This document shows positions 38,293-52,447 of a stretch of DNA of 64,000 nucleotides, piece by piece. The notes beneath the pieces are model-generated. The model saw nothing but the letters and a program-made list of their open reading frames with translations, ran no database searches and was not told where the DNA came from. The stretch comes from Octopus vulgaris (Eukaryota): positions 62,496,001 through 62,560,000 of the forward strand of contig OX597814.1 of NCBI GenBank assembly GCA_951406725.2. The letters run 5' to 3'. Within the stretch, counting starts at the first letter, position 1. The number at the start of each line of letters is the position of its first letter. Made by a program: the position numbers and the translations under genes.

Positions 38293-38556
38293 CAGTGGTT
38301 CTCAACAGGGGTCTATATGGCCCATGAAGGTCCATATTAGACTTTTGGGGTCTATGCTAGGTTTTTTTCTACAACGTTTTGCATAGTTCGACCTACACAA
38401 ATTAAACAATGAAAACAAAATAGGAATTTTGAAAGAAGTTTCTAAAAAACTAGTTTTTAAACATCGAATGCCTATAGGGGTCCACCAGAATAAAATAGTA
38501 ATCAAAGGGGTCCATAGAAAAAAAATTGTTGAGGACCCCCTGGTTGAGAAACCTTG
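38293..38556. mobile_element. hAT (Charlie-like) MITE
   Basis: TIRs CAGTGGTTCTCAAC ... GTTGAG(G/A)A(C/A)CC..TG and repeated GGGGTCCA subterminal motifs. Confidence 0.8.
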
Positions 38557-40098
38557 GGTGTCTCTAACGCTCATGGTCATGTAGGGACAAAACATCCGAA
38601 TCAAGAAGCATTGACTACCGCAAGGAGGGTGGTTAAGCAGAATCAAAGAATAAACAAAGTGGACAATGTCAGTAAACATGGATAATGACATGCAAAAATA
38701 GAGCGAACAAATTGTGCCTCTTAATATGCATCATTCTTGTTATGGATATTGAATAGCTGATTCTGTTATCGGTATTGATTTGGTCAGAAAGCTTAACTGC
38801 TTAATTAGTCAAGGCGCGCAGCAGAAACAGCCCATGCTGTATCGTGTGGAGTCACTGTGAAGTCGATATCTTGCGAGCTGTGCTTAATACACACGCTCCA
38901 CGTCGGTAGATCTTGAAGAAAATGGAATTCACCGGGTTGGCGTACTCTTGGTACGCTGCATGACGACTAAGTTTTCGATAGCGCCCATTAAAACTTACAG
39001 AATTTACCGCCAATATACCGCTACTACCACCACCACTTGAGAGTAAAGTAGTCTGAAGTTCCATTAATTTCAGAAAGAACTTGTTAGAAAAAAGTCGCAA
39101 AAACAATCTATGATTTCTCAGACAAGCGCAAAGACTATATTTATAGGTGAAACGAAATGAAAAAATTGTGAAGATTTATGTCTCTCTCAAAAGCATTAAT
39201 GTCGTAAGCAAAGTGAAATAGTTAAAACCAGGAAGTGAAAGAGGTAATCGAAAGTAAGAATACGTTCATTGAAAACTTAGTACTGATTTTTCCAAAGTGT
39301 TCGCCACATTCCATTCCAAGTGAGCAATAAGACGCCTGAAACAATTATTACGGTAACATTAACAAACAAACAGGTAAATAAGCAAATAACTACAACAAAC
39401 TAAACAAGCAAACAAAAGAGTGAACGTGCACACAAATAAATACCGGAGCACACACATGAATGCAGAAAACTTAATACAGAAATAATGAGTAAACGACAAA
39501 AAAACACAAGGAAAATATATATATAAAAAAAAATGAAAGGAAAGTAATAAATGGTAAGCAAGTGGCGGCGGTGAGGAGAAGGAAGAACAAATGAAAACAA
39601 GCGAGAATCAGAAAATTCAATTTGAAAGCGACCAAATTCATCGAATAATATAGAGCAGCCCGTGTGTTTGTTGCACGATACATAACAACGTTAATGGATT
39701 CCATCTTAAGACTAAATGTATGTTATAAATACGGAGGCGAGTTTCTCTGAAAGTCAATTACTGAAATTACAGAAAGATCTGAGAAGTAGAAGCAGCAGTA
39801 AGAGCAACAACTATAATATATATTTAAACACCATAGTAAATACGTTACGAGCCAATAAGTTTGGATAGCAGTCAAATCTATTTCAGATCACACTGAATAA
39901 TGTTGCCTTAGGTTCATAGGTTCATTGCACCTAAGAAAAAGTCTAGAGAGCCACGACTGGCTTGTATTTCATGATGAAGCTGTTAGATAAGGGCTGACCA
40001 TGGGATAGACAACAAATAAGGTTGGAAACACTTTTCTCATATATGCGTAAGTATATCTACATATATTTATACACACGTACATATACAGATGTATCTGT

Positions 40099-40246
<148 letters not shown>

Positions 40247-40346
40247 AAGTTGGTTTGTGAAAGCACGTGGTTGAATATATAGAAAAGCTGAACGCGAAAC
40301 CGGTCATTTCTTCTAAACTATGTCATTGTAAGAAAAAAAAAAATAT

Positions 40347-40529
40347 ATGTATATATTATTTAAAACAATTTGATTCGGTTCCATGCGGCTTAAAGTTTCG
40401 CAGACCTCTAATAGACACCCGTCTCCTTCAGGCTTTAAATGACCAAATTGGTAATCTAAAGCCTGAAAGAGACGAGCTTCTGTTAGATGTGCCTGCGAAA
40501 CCGAATCAAACTGTTTCATATAATACATG
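40347..40529. repeat. Long imperfect palindrome (foldback)
   Basis: Arms TTTGATTCGGTT..TCGCAG..CGTCTCCTTCAGGCTTTA and TAAAGCCTGAAAGAGACG..CTGCGAAACCGAATCAAA, centred on ACCAAATTGGT. Confidence 0.85.
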
Positions 40530-40580
40530 CTACACCTACTGAATGTGCTGAGTGCCCTTTTTGTTTGTCCACTCATACGT

Positions 40581-40582
<2 letters not shown>

Positions 40583-40672
<90 letters not shown>
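40583..40672. repeat. (CA)n microsatellite
   Basis: Seen directly. Confidence 0.98.
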
Positions 40673-40676
<4 letters not shown>

Positions 40677-41539
40677 CATAGATAGATATAGGTATAATGG
40701 ATCCCAAATATGCCAATCTGTTCTTTGGCTACATCGAAAGCCAAATCTTATAATTCATCAGACTGAAACCTGACGTAGATGATTGTACCAGTGTACCATC
40801 AGTCTATCACGAATAACTGAAGAAACGCTTTTATACCATTTGGTAATTCCTTTCACTCTTTTCTTGAATTCATCTCTAGCCTCATGGAAACCTCCTTTAA
40901 TTTCTTTGCTATCGCTGTCTCTGTTAACTACTTACATCACATTCTTCCTACCACTGATTTCTATAAACACACCAATCCTCACTCCTATCTTGAATTTCTT
41001 TTCTTCTAAAACAGGGGTGGGCATTCCTTATTCTTAGTTTAGTTAGTCTCATGACAGCCCCGAAGAAGACGCCGCATATATGCACAGAAATGTAGTACAA
41101 AGACATATGAATTGAGAAAGTCTAATATTTAGGTAAATAATCCTTCGAAAAGACGGTCACTACTGACACCTGCTGGGTTCGGCTGCTCTGCATTAATAAA
41201 AAGCAAATACCCTGAAACTAGTCTGCAGATGCCTGACCAGCAAGGGGAAGCGGCTGACCTCCCCTGTTCGAAGGTTATAATGGACACAAGTTCGTGTGTC
41301 ACATAGAGGCGATGGCCTCTTGGAGCTAATCAACAGCAACATTCGTCCTATATTTCTGGACTGCCATATTAGCTTGGCGATAACTATTAATACCCAGTAC
41401 CGCTGACGTAGTCTCCATTAGAGAGAATTAGAAATATTAATATTTCTATCTATTATTTCACTTTTATAATTAACTTGAGGTCTAGCAAACGGAGTTAGGA
41501 ACAATAATTTTTTGATTGATAAAATAATACATGAAAGAT

Positions 41540-41752
41540 AAGGCGGTGAGCTGGCGAATCAGAACGTTGGGGAAAATGCTTAGCAGCATGTTATTCGTCT
41601 TTACGTTCTGAGTTGAAATCCTGCTGAGGTCGACTTTGCCTTTCATCTTTTCGGGGTCGATAAAATAAGTACCAGTTACGGACTGGGGCCGATATAATCG
41701 ACTTACCCACTACCCTGAACTTGTTAGCCTAGTGCCAAAGTTTGAAACCAAT
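41540..41752 (+). mobile_element. Family-1 SINE
   Basis: Head and core GTCGACTTTGCCTTTCATCTTTTCGGGGTCGATAAAATAAGTACCAG. Confidence 0.88.
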
Positions 41753-42222
41753 ATAATACAAGAAAGCAGAGGAAGGAGGAAGGTCAACACACATGGTTAG
41801 GAAAGCATTCGCATAAAGACGGACGGGTGCATACACTCATACGCTCTAGTAAGCATCAAACAGAAACAGGTGTACACCAAACAACACAGCTATTAACAAA
41901 TAAATGCATACCCTCCCCAACCGGCCAAATATATTATAGATGTTAGAAATGATAACCAAGTGTCTCTTACAAAATCCAGGTGTCTCTCTCAAAAATTACA
42001 GCATTCATACTTTTAAGAATTTCAAGAAATTATAATTAAATGACAATTCTTCAATAACATTTCTTCCATCCTACGCTACAATCACGCATTATTATAAAAT
42101 ACATCAGAATCTTCAATAATCTTAATACATTGAAATGATGAGAATAACTTTAATACCTTTAGCCCTTTTGACATCAGTTGTTTGTAAACATGACGTACTG
42201 GCTCCTGTCATTTTAACTCATC

Positions 42223-44626
42223 ATGAAAACGGAAGCTTTCACAGCACCATAGTTTCCTCGTGTTTCTACCAAATCAAATAGCTTTTCATTTTTATGGTGT
42301 ATTTTTTTCCTTTTATTTTAAATTGAAAATCAGAAGAATAAACATGCAGTTTACTGAAATTTATATTTTTGTGCATGCAATTAACGGATCAGTTTAACAA
42401 AGATTTGAAGCTAAACTGCTTTGGCGTTTGGAAAATTATGCTGCTGAAGATAGTATTATTTTTAATCACTTGCACTATTTTACGTTTTATGATGCGTGTT
42501 CAAATCCTGCTTTTCAAATTCTTCGTCTTTCATCTCTCCAGATGAACAAAATGATAATAGCAGTTAAGTTCTGGAGTGGGATTAATAAACTATGCCCCAT
42601 CCCTCAAAGAATGTGTGGCCTAAAGCCAGAGGTAGGAAGCAATATGTACCATCTCAACAAAATGACGTACCTTGTCCAGGCAATAAGTCGACGGCTCTCA
42701 CTCTGCTAATAATCTTGTGCTTATTTTACGACCGAAGCACAACAGCCCTCACTGTACCAGCTAACTATACAATCCAGAGTTAGTGAAAACTGCAGTAAGC
42801 TGAAAAAGAAGTATAGATGTCGTTTTGACCCAGCTCTGATAGAACAAATTTATGAAAAATAATGCTTCCTCTTTGACTACCTCATATTTTGTATATCTAT
42901 TTCTTCACTGTCCTTCGTGTATTTTCTTTTCTTTTAATGACATTGCCTAGCTCCTGGTCATCTCATATCGAGAAAACCTTTAATCAAGGACGTTTCAGCT
43001 TTAATCATCCTGCATTTTTGAATAGCTTGTACACCGTCTCCTCGAATTACGAACAATGGAACTTATGACCTAAAAAAAAAAAAAAAATCGGTTTTCGGAC
43101 GTTGGGCGGTTGCGCGTTACAATAACTATGGCAGCATCTGGCAACGCAGGCCTCCACGGCTGCCACTGTCTCTCTCTCAGTCGCTTTCAAGCATCAGTTG
43201 CGTGTGGACTTGTAACAATTGTATCTGAAATAACCCTAAAATGACTGGTAAAAGGAAAATGCTTTCATCTTCAGATGCGCCAGCTAAGAAGTCAAGAAAG
43301 TTTATTGATTTAGACTGTAAGATGAAAGCTTTGAACATACCATTCAAAATGCTGTGCGTTGTTATCGTAAGATATATGCCCCCCGCAAAAGAAATTATTC
43401 AAACAAATCTCACCATTTACCTCAACCCAAGAACGAAACTGTGAAGATTAAAAATTTATTTTCAATTGCACATCTTTCATAGGAACAATTTTTTTATTGT
43501 ATGTATGCGGAATTTTATTTGTATTAATTTTTACTTTAATTTTTTATTGTATTTTTGTTTACAGTACAATAGAATACATACATAATTTTTACATAATGTA
43601 CTATAATTATGAATTAAATTTTTGTGCTTTATATTTTTATAACCAGTTTGAATGAAGATAGTGCTGAAAGTTATAAATCGACATACGACCGGATCAACTT
43701 ACGACCTGTCAATCGGAACGGAACTCGGTCGTAAGTCGAGGGGAAGGTATATTATATTGTACAATATGTTCATTTTTACGGACGGTATAATGTGCGTTGG
43801 AAGAATGTGACCAAAGTGACGATGTAGACAAAGCCAAGGGTGTACGTTAAAAGCAAATATATCGGGAAAAAAGGTGCAATCAGAAATTGACATCTTAAGG
43901 ACGAAGTAGAAATACACTAACAGATACAAATGAGAAACCACACCACCCGGCATAGACCAAACCACTGCAACCAAGTGTCGGTGGCAAGAAACCAAATGAT
44001 ATACGCAAAATGTTACATTACGTAAGAAAGAAAACAATCCAATTTTCTTATTCGCAGCCTTACAATATTATTCGAACGTTACTATCTGAAAACGACTTTT
44101 GAACTTTCTCCTATTATATAAACTTTCTCAACTAGTATGAAATACATTGTTGACAACTTACATTATGTAATATTATCAACATAGCCTAATCTATCTACTA
44201 TAAGGACTCTCTCATTCTTATTGTTAACCTCACTTATCTTATATAAACAACTTTCAAGACATTTACATTTTGACAGAAACGTTAGGAAATAAGCTAGCGT
44301 TATCTTCTGTAAAATATTGAATTACATTTGTTCACCTAATAATACAGATAATAACTAAGTAATGCAGCAATGCAGTCATAAGAATTATTGTCCTTGAAGA
44401 TAGTTTTACAAAAAATTATGTGATTCATATATTCTGGAATATTACATAGCGACGGCAAGAGTATGGTTATTCTTACCACCCGCCAAGTTGCAGATGCATC
44501 TAATTAGGAAAATTGAAGTCAGTCACTCTATCCATTATGTTTGCAGTGTATAAGCAAAATGAATGAGTTCTCAAAGGATGTGTCCTTGATGCCTGTGAGA
44601 TGAATAGTGAATCTTCTCTGTTAGGA
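42223..44626 (+). pseudogene. Decayed EGF-repeat gene relic 3
   Basis: MKTEAFT..IVSSCFY (type-B-like leader). About 42374-42520 reads ACN..DQFNKDLKLNCFG..PAFQI. About 44360-44626 reads YGYSYHPPSCRC, CLQCI and KGCVLDACE in shifting frames. Confidence 0.3.
43034..43747 (+). mobile_element. Internally deleted Tigger/pogo element
   Basis: TIRs CCGTCTCCTCGAATTACGA / TCGTAAGTCGAGGGGAAGG-TA. Transposase N-terminus MTGKRKMLSSSDAPAKKSRKFIDLDCKMK. Confidence 0.8.
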
Positions 44627-45436
44627 GTTAGTTTATTAAAGATTAAAGATAACAGTCACAGAAGCCGGTATTTATTTTGTGCAGTCAGATGAACTAAAAT
44701 ATGTTGACGTTGTTTAATCCAATTTGACTCTGACTGAGCAGAATTATGAACAAAATTATTCTAGCCATAACCATCTCGTCTGATTTTCGTATGTAGGATA
44801 TCTAAAACTATTGATGAACTACATAACCTCATAAAAAATTTGAAGCTGATTTCACTGCTCTTATAAGTAGGTCGAGTAAAACATGTACATGAAGAAGAGA
44901 CACTCTTGTCCAGAACTGTTATTTAATGTTTGCTGTCGGTAGAACTCACAAATCTCTTACACTCTTTTAATGCTAAGGAATCGCCTTCAGTGATTTTAGT
45001 CGTTAATATCGACCCGAGTACTTATTTCGATTTGCTCTTATTTTATCAATCAACATTTATCGAATACTTGCATTATTTCTTAACATAATGACATGGAGGC
45101 TGATAAAACCGCAAGTTGCTTAAGGTTCGCTGTAAGAGTATGCTTATTGTAGAATGTAGAAATGTATTAATAGCTATTTTAGTTAATGAGGAATTGAATT
45201 TCATCATTGTAACCGTAGTGAAGTACAGCAAAGAAATTTATTATTATATTTTAAGTGTTCGGGTCTCCTGGGCAGCTTCCGACTCTTTCTGTCCATAGGG
45301 CTTTTCTAACTCGATATTTACTCTCTATTAATTATTAGTTATAGCATTTCAACTTCGAGTTCATTAGTTACAAAAAGGAAAACGAATTATTTGAAGTTTA
45401 TAAATACATATGACGTCAACAATATATATATATATT

Positions 45437-45625
45437 TGTTGTTGTTGTTGGCATCCTTTTTGTCTCGGGAGACAATGGAGTTGCACATAAAATAATCTAG
45501 TCCGGCTTTTACATTTCATGTCCTAATACATTTCCTGCTGTGGCTGTGTAGTCCTATCATGGACAAACACTCCCTTTGGCATATGCCGCAAATGTAGCGA
45601 AGACTTTTCCTGGCTGGTTTTACAA
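45437..45625 (-). mobile_element. RTE-BovB-like LINE 3' end
   Basis: Minus-strand zinc finger YICGICQRECLSMIGLHSHSRKC, a CCATTGTCTCCCGAGAA-like 3' motif and a (CAA)n tail. Confidence 0.8.
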
Positions 45626-46381
45626 GTTATATATATATATATATATATATGAAAAGGTTCCTACCGATAATGGTTATATTTCCATACCGAAATCTACCCG
45701 GAAATAATTATTGATTTTGAAATTAATAATTATTTACCCTTATATTATTAATATATATATATATATATATATGTATCGTTCTTCCGACTAATTTGGAGTA
45801 CCTGATTCATGGATTTTATATATATATATAATAGAAATATGTTACAAAAAGAAAATAGAAACTACACTGGAAATGTAAGGGGAAAGTAAGAAGAAAAATG
45901 CACATTAGAAATCAAAAAAAGTAAAGGCTTTTTATGAAAAGTAACGATAGATATATACAATTAGGTGAACTGAGGTGGGAATAAAAGTAATAAAAGTCAA
46001 TATTGGGAATTTTTAAAGAGATTCAAAGGCATATCGGTTTCGTAAAATTACTAATCATTGCTTTGAATGTACACCGATTATATACACATTCTTTTGTTCA
46101 CTAATATATGATAGAAAATCGGTAAGTTCGTAAATATACGGTGAAAGAGTAAATATGAGTTGTGATGCAAAAAAAGACTCTATACATTTAAATGTGGTGA
46201 CACTTTTCGAAATTCACTGCTGATAAATGCTAAGTTTTTAATTTATTTGTTGTAGCAAAGTTTATTTAAAAGAATTAGTTGAATAAAATACATTTAAAAG
46301 AATTAGTTGAATAAAATACATGTTCCTCTTTACAGTTTAATAAATAAGGAAATATACAGGCCCGTGCACACACACACATAA

Positions 46382-47221
<840 letters not shown>

Positions 47222-47370
47222 ATATACATACATATATATATGTATTAGAGGAAAAAGGACCAAACCAAGCTAGGACGAGTATCTCAAATCATTTAGAATA
47301 TTTAATTAGAGCAAGGTGAATTTGAGGTAAATGATTAATTGATTAACTAACTAATTAATTAATTATTGAA

Positions 47371-47450
47371 TGCTTTACAGCTGTTTCTGGGATATCCCAA
47401 GTGATAGGTTAGCATCTCCATACACTAGGTATTCCGTCATCAGAGACAAG
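47371..47450 (-). ncRNA. Degenerate type I hammerhead ribozyme motif (Penelope-like)
   Basis: Minus strand CTGATGA, stem II (GGAATACCTAGTG/CACTTGGGATATCC), GAAA, palindromic CAGCTG, then TA. Stem I is imperfect. Confidence 0.55.
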
Positions 47451-47460
47451 GTATGTATGA

Positions 47461-47617
47461 AAATTCTATACAGGGAATGCACAGTTTATAAAGGAATGAA
47501 ATAGTAGATAGCAAAATAAGAGTAAAATCTATACAGGGAATGAGTAAAATTCTATACAGGGAATGCACAGTTTATAAAGGAATGAAATAGTAGATAGCAA
47601 AATAAGAGTAAAATCTA
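47461..47617 (+). repeat. Local ~86-bp-period tandem duplication
   Basis: AAATTCTATACAGGGAATGCACAGTTTATAAAGGAATGAAATAGTAGATAGCAAAATAAGAGTAAAATCTA occurs twice. Confidence 0.9.
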
Positions 47618-47995
47618 CCAAATCCACTCACAAAGCTTTATTCAACTTAAGGCTATAGCAGACGACACTTACTCAAAGTGTCACGCATTGGAACTGAACC
47701 CGGAACCATGTGGTTGGGAAGCAAGCTTCTTATTTCTTTACTGCCCACAAAGGGCTACACACAGAGGGGAAAACAAGGACAGACAAACGGATTAAGTCGA
47801 TTATATCGACCCCAGTGTGTAACTGGTACTTATTTAATCGACCTTGAAAGGATGGAAGGCAAAGTCGACCTCGGCGGAATTTGAACTCAGAACATAGCAG
47901 CAGACGAAATACCGCTGAGCATTTCGCCCGGCGAGCTAACCTCGCTAGCTCGCCACCTTCTTACCTGCAAGCTTCTTACCATACAACTACGCCCT
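47614..47995 (-). mobile_element. Family-2 SINE with a nested family-1 SINE (47733-47966)
   Basis: The 12-bp direct repeat GCAAGCTTCTTA at 47721 and 47967 flanks the inner copy. Confidence 0.85.
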
Positions 47996-48748
47996 TCATA
48001 TCTAATAAAACATCTCAGTCCTATAACATCTTTTCAGGGGTAAATTTCAGCGTATAACATTCATCGAAAATTTCGAATATAAATAACCAGTAAATTGAAA
48101 AAAGTTACCATTAAACTACATAGGCTCAGAAGTTTTTCGAGCATAATGTACTTTTAGATAAGACTTTGTTGGTTTATATTCTAATTTGAATGCTCCTTTC
48201 ACCCGCGATCGGTCACCGTTAACATTTTGATAAAAACATTATGCAATTCATTTAGTATGGTAAAAAATTTATTTTAAATATGGTTACTCGAATTTCAAAT
48301 GTAGTACACTTCCTGTGGAAAATATCAAGCTGCATGGTTGCCAGAGGAGTGACCCTGTACATGAAGATAAATCATAATAAATTAGGCGAAAACTAGGGCA
48401 AACACCAATCGGCAACCAACTGTGAAATAATTAATTTGAACTCATTTGATGTAGAGATGTTTTAAGTAAAGTTTAATATGAAATGTCATTATAGCAATAT
48501 CATAAAGTGATATTTATCGCCATATCGAAATATTTTTCAGATGTTTAAGATTGAAAGCTATAATTCTTGTTCAATAGTCGGAAGAACTAAGCCAGATCTA
48601 AAACGTCCAATAAAGAATATATATATCGAAATTTTGAATCGTTGTGAAGGTAGATTTTTCAGTCTATGGCTTTATCTGCAGAAAGGATCATCCCCTTGTC
48701 TTTCGCAGTCTCTCCGATCAATGCAATGTATGTGTGCAGATTAGATAC

Positions 48749-49245
48749 GTATGCATGCATGTATGTATGTATGTATGTATGTATGTATGTATGTATGTAT
48801 GTATGTATGTATGTATGTATGTATGCATGCATGCATGTATGCATGCATGCCTGTATGCGTGTATGCATGAGTGTATATATGTATCTTCCCGAGGTTCCCT
48901 TCTTCCTCGGGAAGATATTCAGTAGAGTCACTAGGGGCGTTGTTGTGACAGAGGGTTTGTCTTGGGTACAATAATCCCAGCGGAGTATTTCTTTCTAAAG
49001 GTTTGTACACAACTTATTCCTTTCACAAAGAAAGAGAAGACAACTAACCCTTGCACTGGAGAGGAACGTTATCTTTGACCAGGAAAGGATAAAACGGTAA
49101 GCTCAGGGAGCCGAAAGAAATATATCTACTCATTCTCTCCGATGCCTCAACGACTTTGCCAGTTGTCTTCTATAATGTATGTATGTATGTATGTATGTAT
49201 GTATGTATGTATGTATGTATGTATGTATGTATGTATGTATGTATG
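48749..49245. repeat. (TATG)n microsatellites at ~48749-48850 and 49176-49245
   Basis: Seen directly. Confidence 0.95.
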
Positions 49246-49693
49246 TGTGGATGTTTGTATGTATGCATAGATGGAGGAGTGGATCTGTATATGGATGTGA
49301 GTGTGTTATTGTGTGTGTGTGTGTGCGCGCGCGCATGCGTCTGTTCATGCTTGTGTGTTTGAGTTTAAATGTAAGATATACTCAAGTACGTTTCAGAAAT
49401 CAAACAAAGTGACAAGGCATCTTAGTTTGAGGGAAGTCACTTCAAGGCATTTATGGACGAGTTATTCCTTATGTTAATGTGTATGTATGAGTGTGGGTAT
49501 ACTTTCACTCAAGTATTGGGTGATCTCATCTCTTAAGTTCACGAAAGTGACTGCTTATTATGTGTGTATGCCCAATACCCATATTAGACATACACACATA
49601 ATTGGAATCTTAAACTAAATTTTTGGAATCTTTGGAATATTGAACCACTAATCGATTGTATGTATTTGTGAATATTATATACGTGTGTATCTA

Positions 49694-49990
49694 TGTGCAT
49701 GGCCTAGCGGCTAGGGTGTTGCACTCACAATCGTGAGATCGTGGTTTCAATTCCTAGACCGGTTGGTGCGTTGTGTTCTTGAGCAAAATACTTCTCACGT
49801 TGTTCTGCGATCACTTAGACACCTGACATATGTAACATGATGTACCTGTTCAGGAAACGTCGATTTGATGGAGAGAGTGGGCTAATGTACAACACATACA
49901 TATGATCACTATCAACAAATCACTTGTACAGGTCGTTCGGCAAAAGCTGAACGCTCGTATGTCGTCTTCGACAAGATAGTACACCATATA
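49694..49990 (+). mobile_element. tRNA-derived SINE, family 3 variant
   Basis: TGGCCTAGCGG A box, GGTTTCAATTCC B box, TGTGTTCTTGAGCAAAATACTT. Confidence 0.75.
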
Positions 49991-50689
49991 TCTATGCATG
50001 TATGTATATTATATATGTATCCCTCTGCCGGTCCATCCATCAAAATCTCTGATACACAGCAATGTGCTTCAAAAAGTAGATTACCATGTATTATAAGGCC
50101 ATTGGTTTCTTTGTAACTTCCAGCATTTTGTCATGCGCTGATTTTAATTCTCCAGCGGTCCACACACTAGGTTAAGTGATTTAATCGCTGACCACCTGAC
50201 CACAAAACAGTTTGTGGATGATTGCTGCAAGTCGCGGCGTACTTATAAATGGACCTGGCGTATAAGTCAACAACAAAATTCTGAGTAAAGGAAATATCTA
50301 ACTCATAGGTTGGCCACCAAATATACAGTAGGCTACTGGTCAGCCAAAACTTAAACTTAATTGAGGGTAGTAACATGTGGAAAAAACATATCATAAGGCC
50401 ATACCACTTGCCTCGAGACATTTACTGTAATACCTTCCTATATTTGGGTAATGCATAAAGTCTAGCAACTTATAACATTTACCGATGGGGATACTGTTAA
50501 TCTAGAACAGTAGGGAGTGACATTTATGAGAGCGCGAATCCAAATGGCTGATAATTTTCTGAACGATTATTTCATGTACCAGTGGGAATTTTGAATATAT
50601 TATATTCTTTATTTTTATTGCTATCTTAAATTACCCCGCCACCTTGAAACAATTTATTTGTAGCAATGCAAGACAGCAATGAATACTGT

Positions 50690-50884
<195 letters not shown>

Positions 50885-51434
50885 CACTCTACTTTTTTTT
50901 TATATCTATCTAGTGGGTGAAGAGATAATAATATAACAAAATATAAAAATAAAACTGCAGTGCATAAGCGTGCCAGCAATATCTCTTCAAGCGCCACTTA
51001 TATCAATATATCAATATCTCTAATATATTATTAATAGAATACACACCATAACACTGCTGTGTACCATTTATTATAGTAAAACACTGTAGTACAACTGTAA
51101 CATTTGCGTCAATGATGTAAACAAACAGCCAGTGGCGCCATTAAGCCTCAGGCGACTAACTGTAACACAGCGGTTCATTACACCGCCGACTCTCATGTTA
51201 GACTGTCGTCTTCTTCATGAGACCCTATACACTCAACAGGTCAACGGGGCCGTTTACTAAACCACTGGAATCGGCATCAACTCATCATTCACATGTTACC
51301 CACAGCAAACGTAGCAACATTATAAGTGGAACCAAGTGTCTTTTCCAGCTGTAATTGAACAACACCCACGATATTGAATTTCTAATTTTGTTTTTTAATA
51401 ACTGGAATATTTCGTATCTGAAAATATTTATCCC

Positions 51435-52447
51435 CATGACTTCGCCTGCACAAACATGAAATATGATGTTCAAAGTTGTGGCATTTGCGATCTCTTCAAA
51501 TAGAATTGCTGCAGTAAAGAAGCATGAAGTAAATGAAAAGCTGGTCTGCGACTGGAAGGAAAATGAAACTTCCCTGGAGATGTCTAAAAAGATTCGTGCA
51601 GTTAGAGCCAGCATCTGTTATTGAAATGAATTGGAAAATTCCTTAGAAGTTGGGTCAACGAAAACCGTGAACATAACTATACAGTTACCAGAACTGGCAT
51701 ATAGTACTTAATTGGGTAAAAAAAAAACATGTTCAGATAAAAGCAAAGATTTTATAGCTGGTGTCCTCGCTTTACGAAGAGAAAAAGACTTGGTGTTGCA
51801 GTAGAATGCTAAAATTGTATAACACAGAAATTCCATGCAGACCTGGGAGGAAATATTAGAAATTCTCACACATACGTTATTGGACTGAGAAGCAACACAA
51901 TTATTCACAGAATCGGATTGGTAATATGGGGGAAATTCCTTTTATCTTCGATAAAGTGAGTAATAAAACTGGTAAAAAAAAAGGTAAAAAAAAAATATCC
52001 TGACAAAATGTACAGATTATGAAAAACTAAATTCACTGTTGTATTAAGCTGTCTTCAGACTGAACTAAATTGAAATCAACGGTTGTATTTAAACGGAAAA
52101 CGATGTCTTACTTTTAGTAAAATAACAATTTCTAAGCTTACTTAGCCTTGGAATTTAGATTTAGAAAATATGTATGTGTTAATGTTTTGTAATTAGAGTA
52201 CGCTATCTTAGTGTCAAGGTGTCTATCATTAATAAAATAATTTCAAGTAACATTTGTTTAATTGTTACAGGTACCATGCCTATAAATATATATTTAATAA
52301 ACAGCTGTAATGTAACATTTCACTATTATTACTCCCGTCGAGTATGGTGTACCTACCGGTAATATTTCTCTGAAATCAGAATCACATCAGTCACATACAA
52401 AACGTACAAATCTTGTACAGAGACTAAATATCATGGTAAATACAAGT
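51435..52447 (+). mobile_element. Decayed pogo-family (Brinker DBD / CENP-B HTH / DDE_1) transposon
   Basis: FKVVAFA.SSNRIAAVKKHEVNEKLVCDWKEN, NELENSL, WVNENR, IGNMGEIP, FTVVLSC, VVFKRKTM. Eroded TIR-like end at ~52447. Confidence 0.8.

Noticed and set aside
40700-40770. CTGATGA on the minus strand next to a hairpin
   Set aside because: No correctly placed GAAA or cleavage triplet, so not a hammerhead.
48882-48917. Rho-independent terminator
   Set aside because: Eukaryotic DNA and no U-tract.
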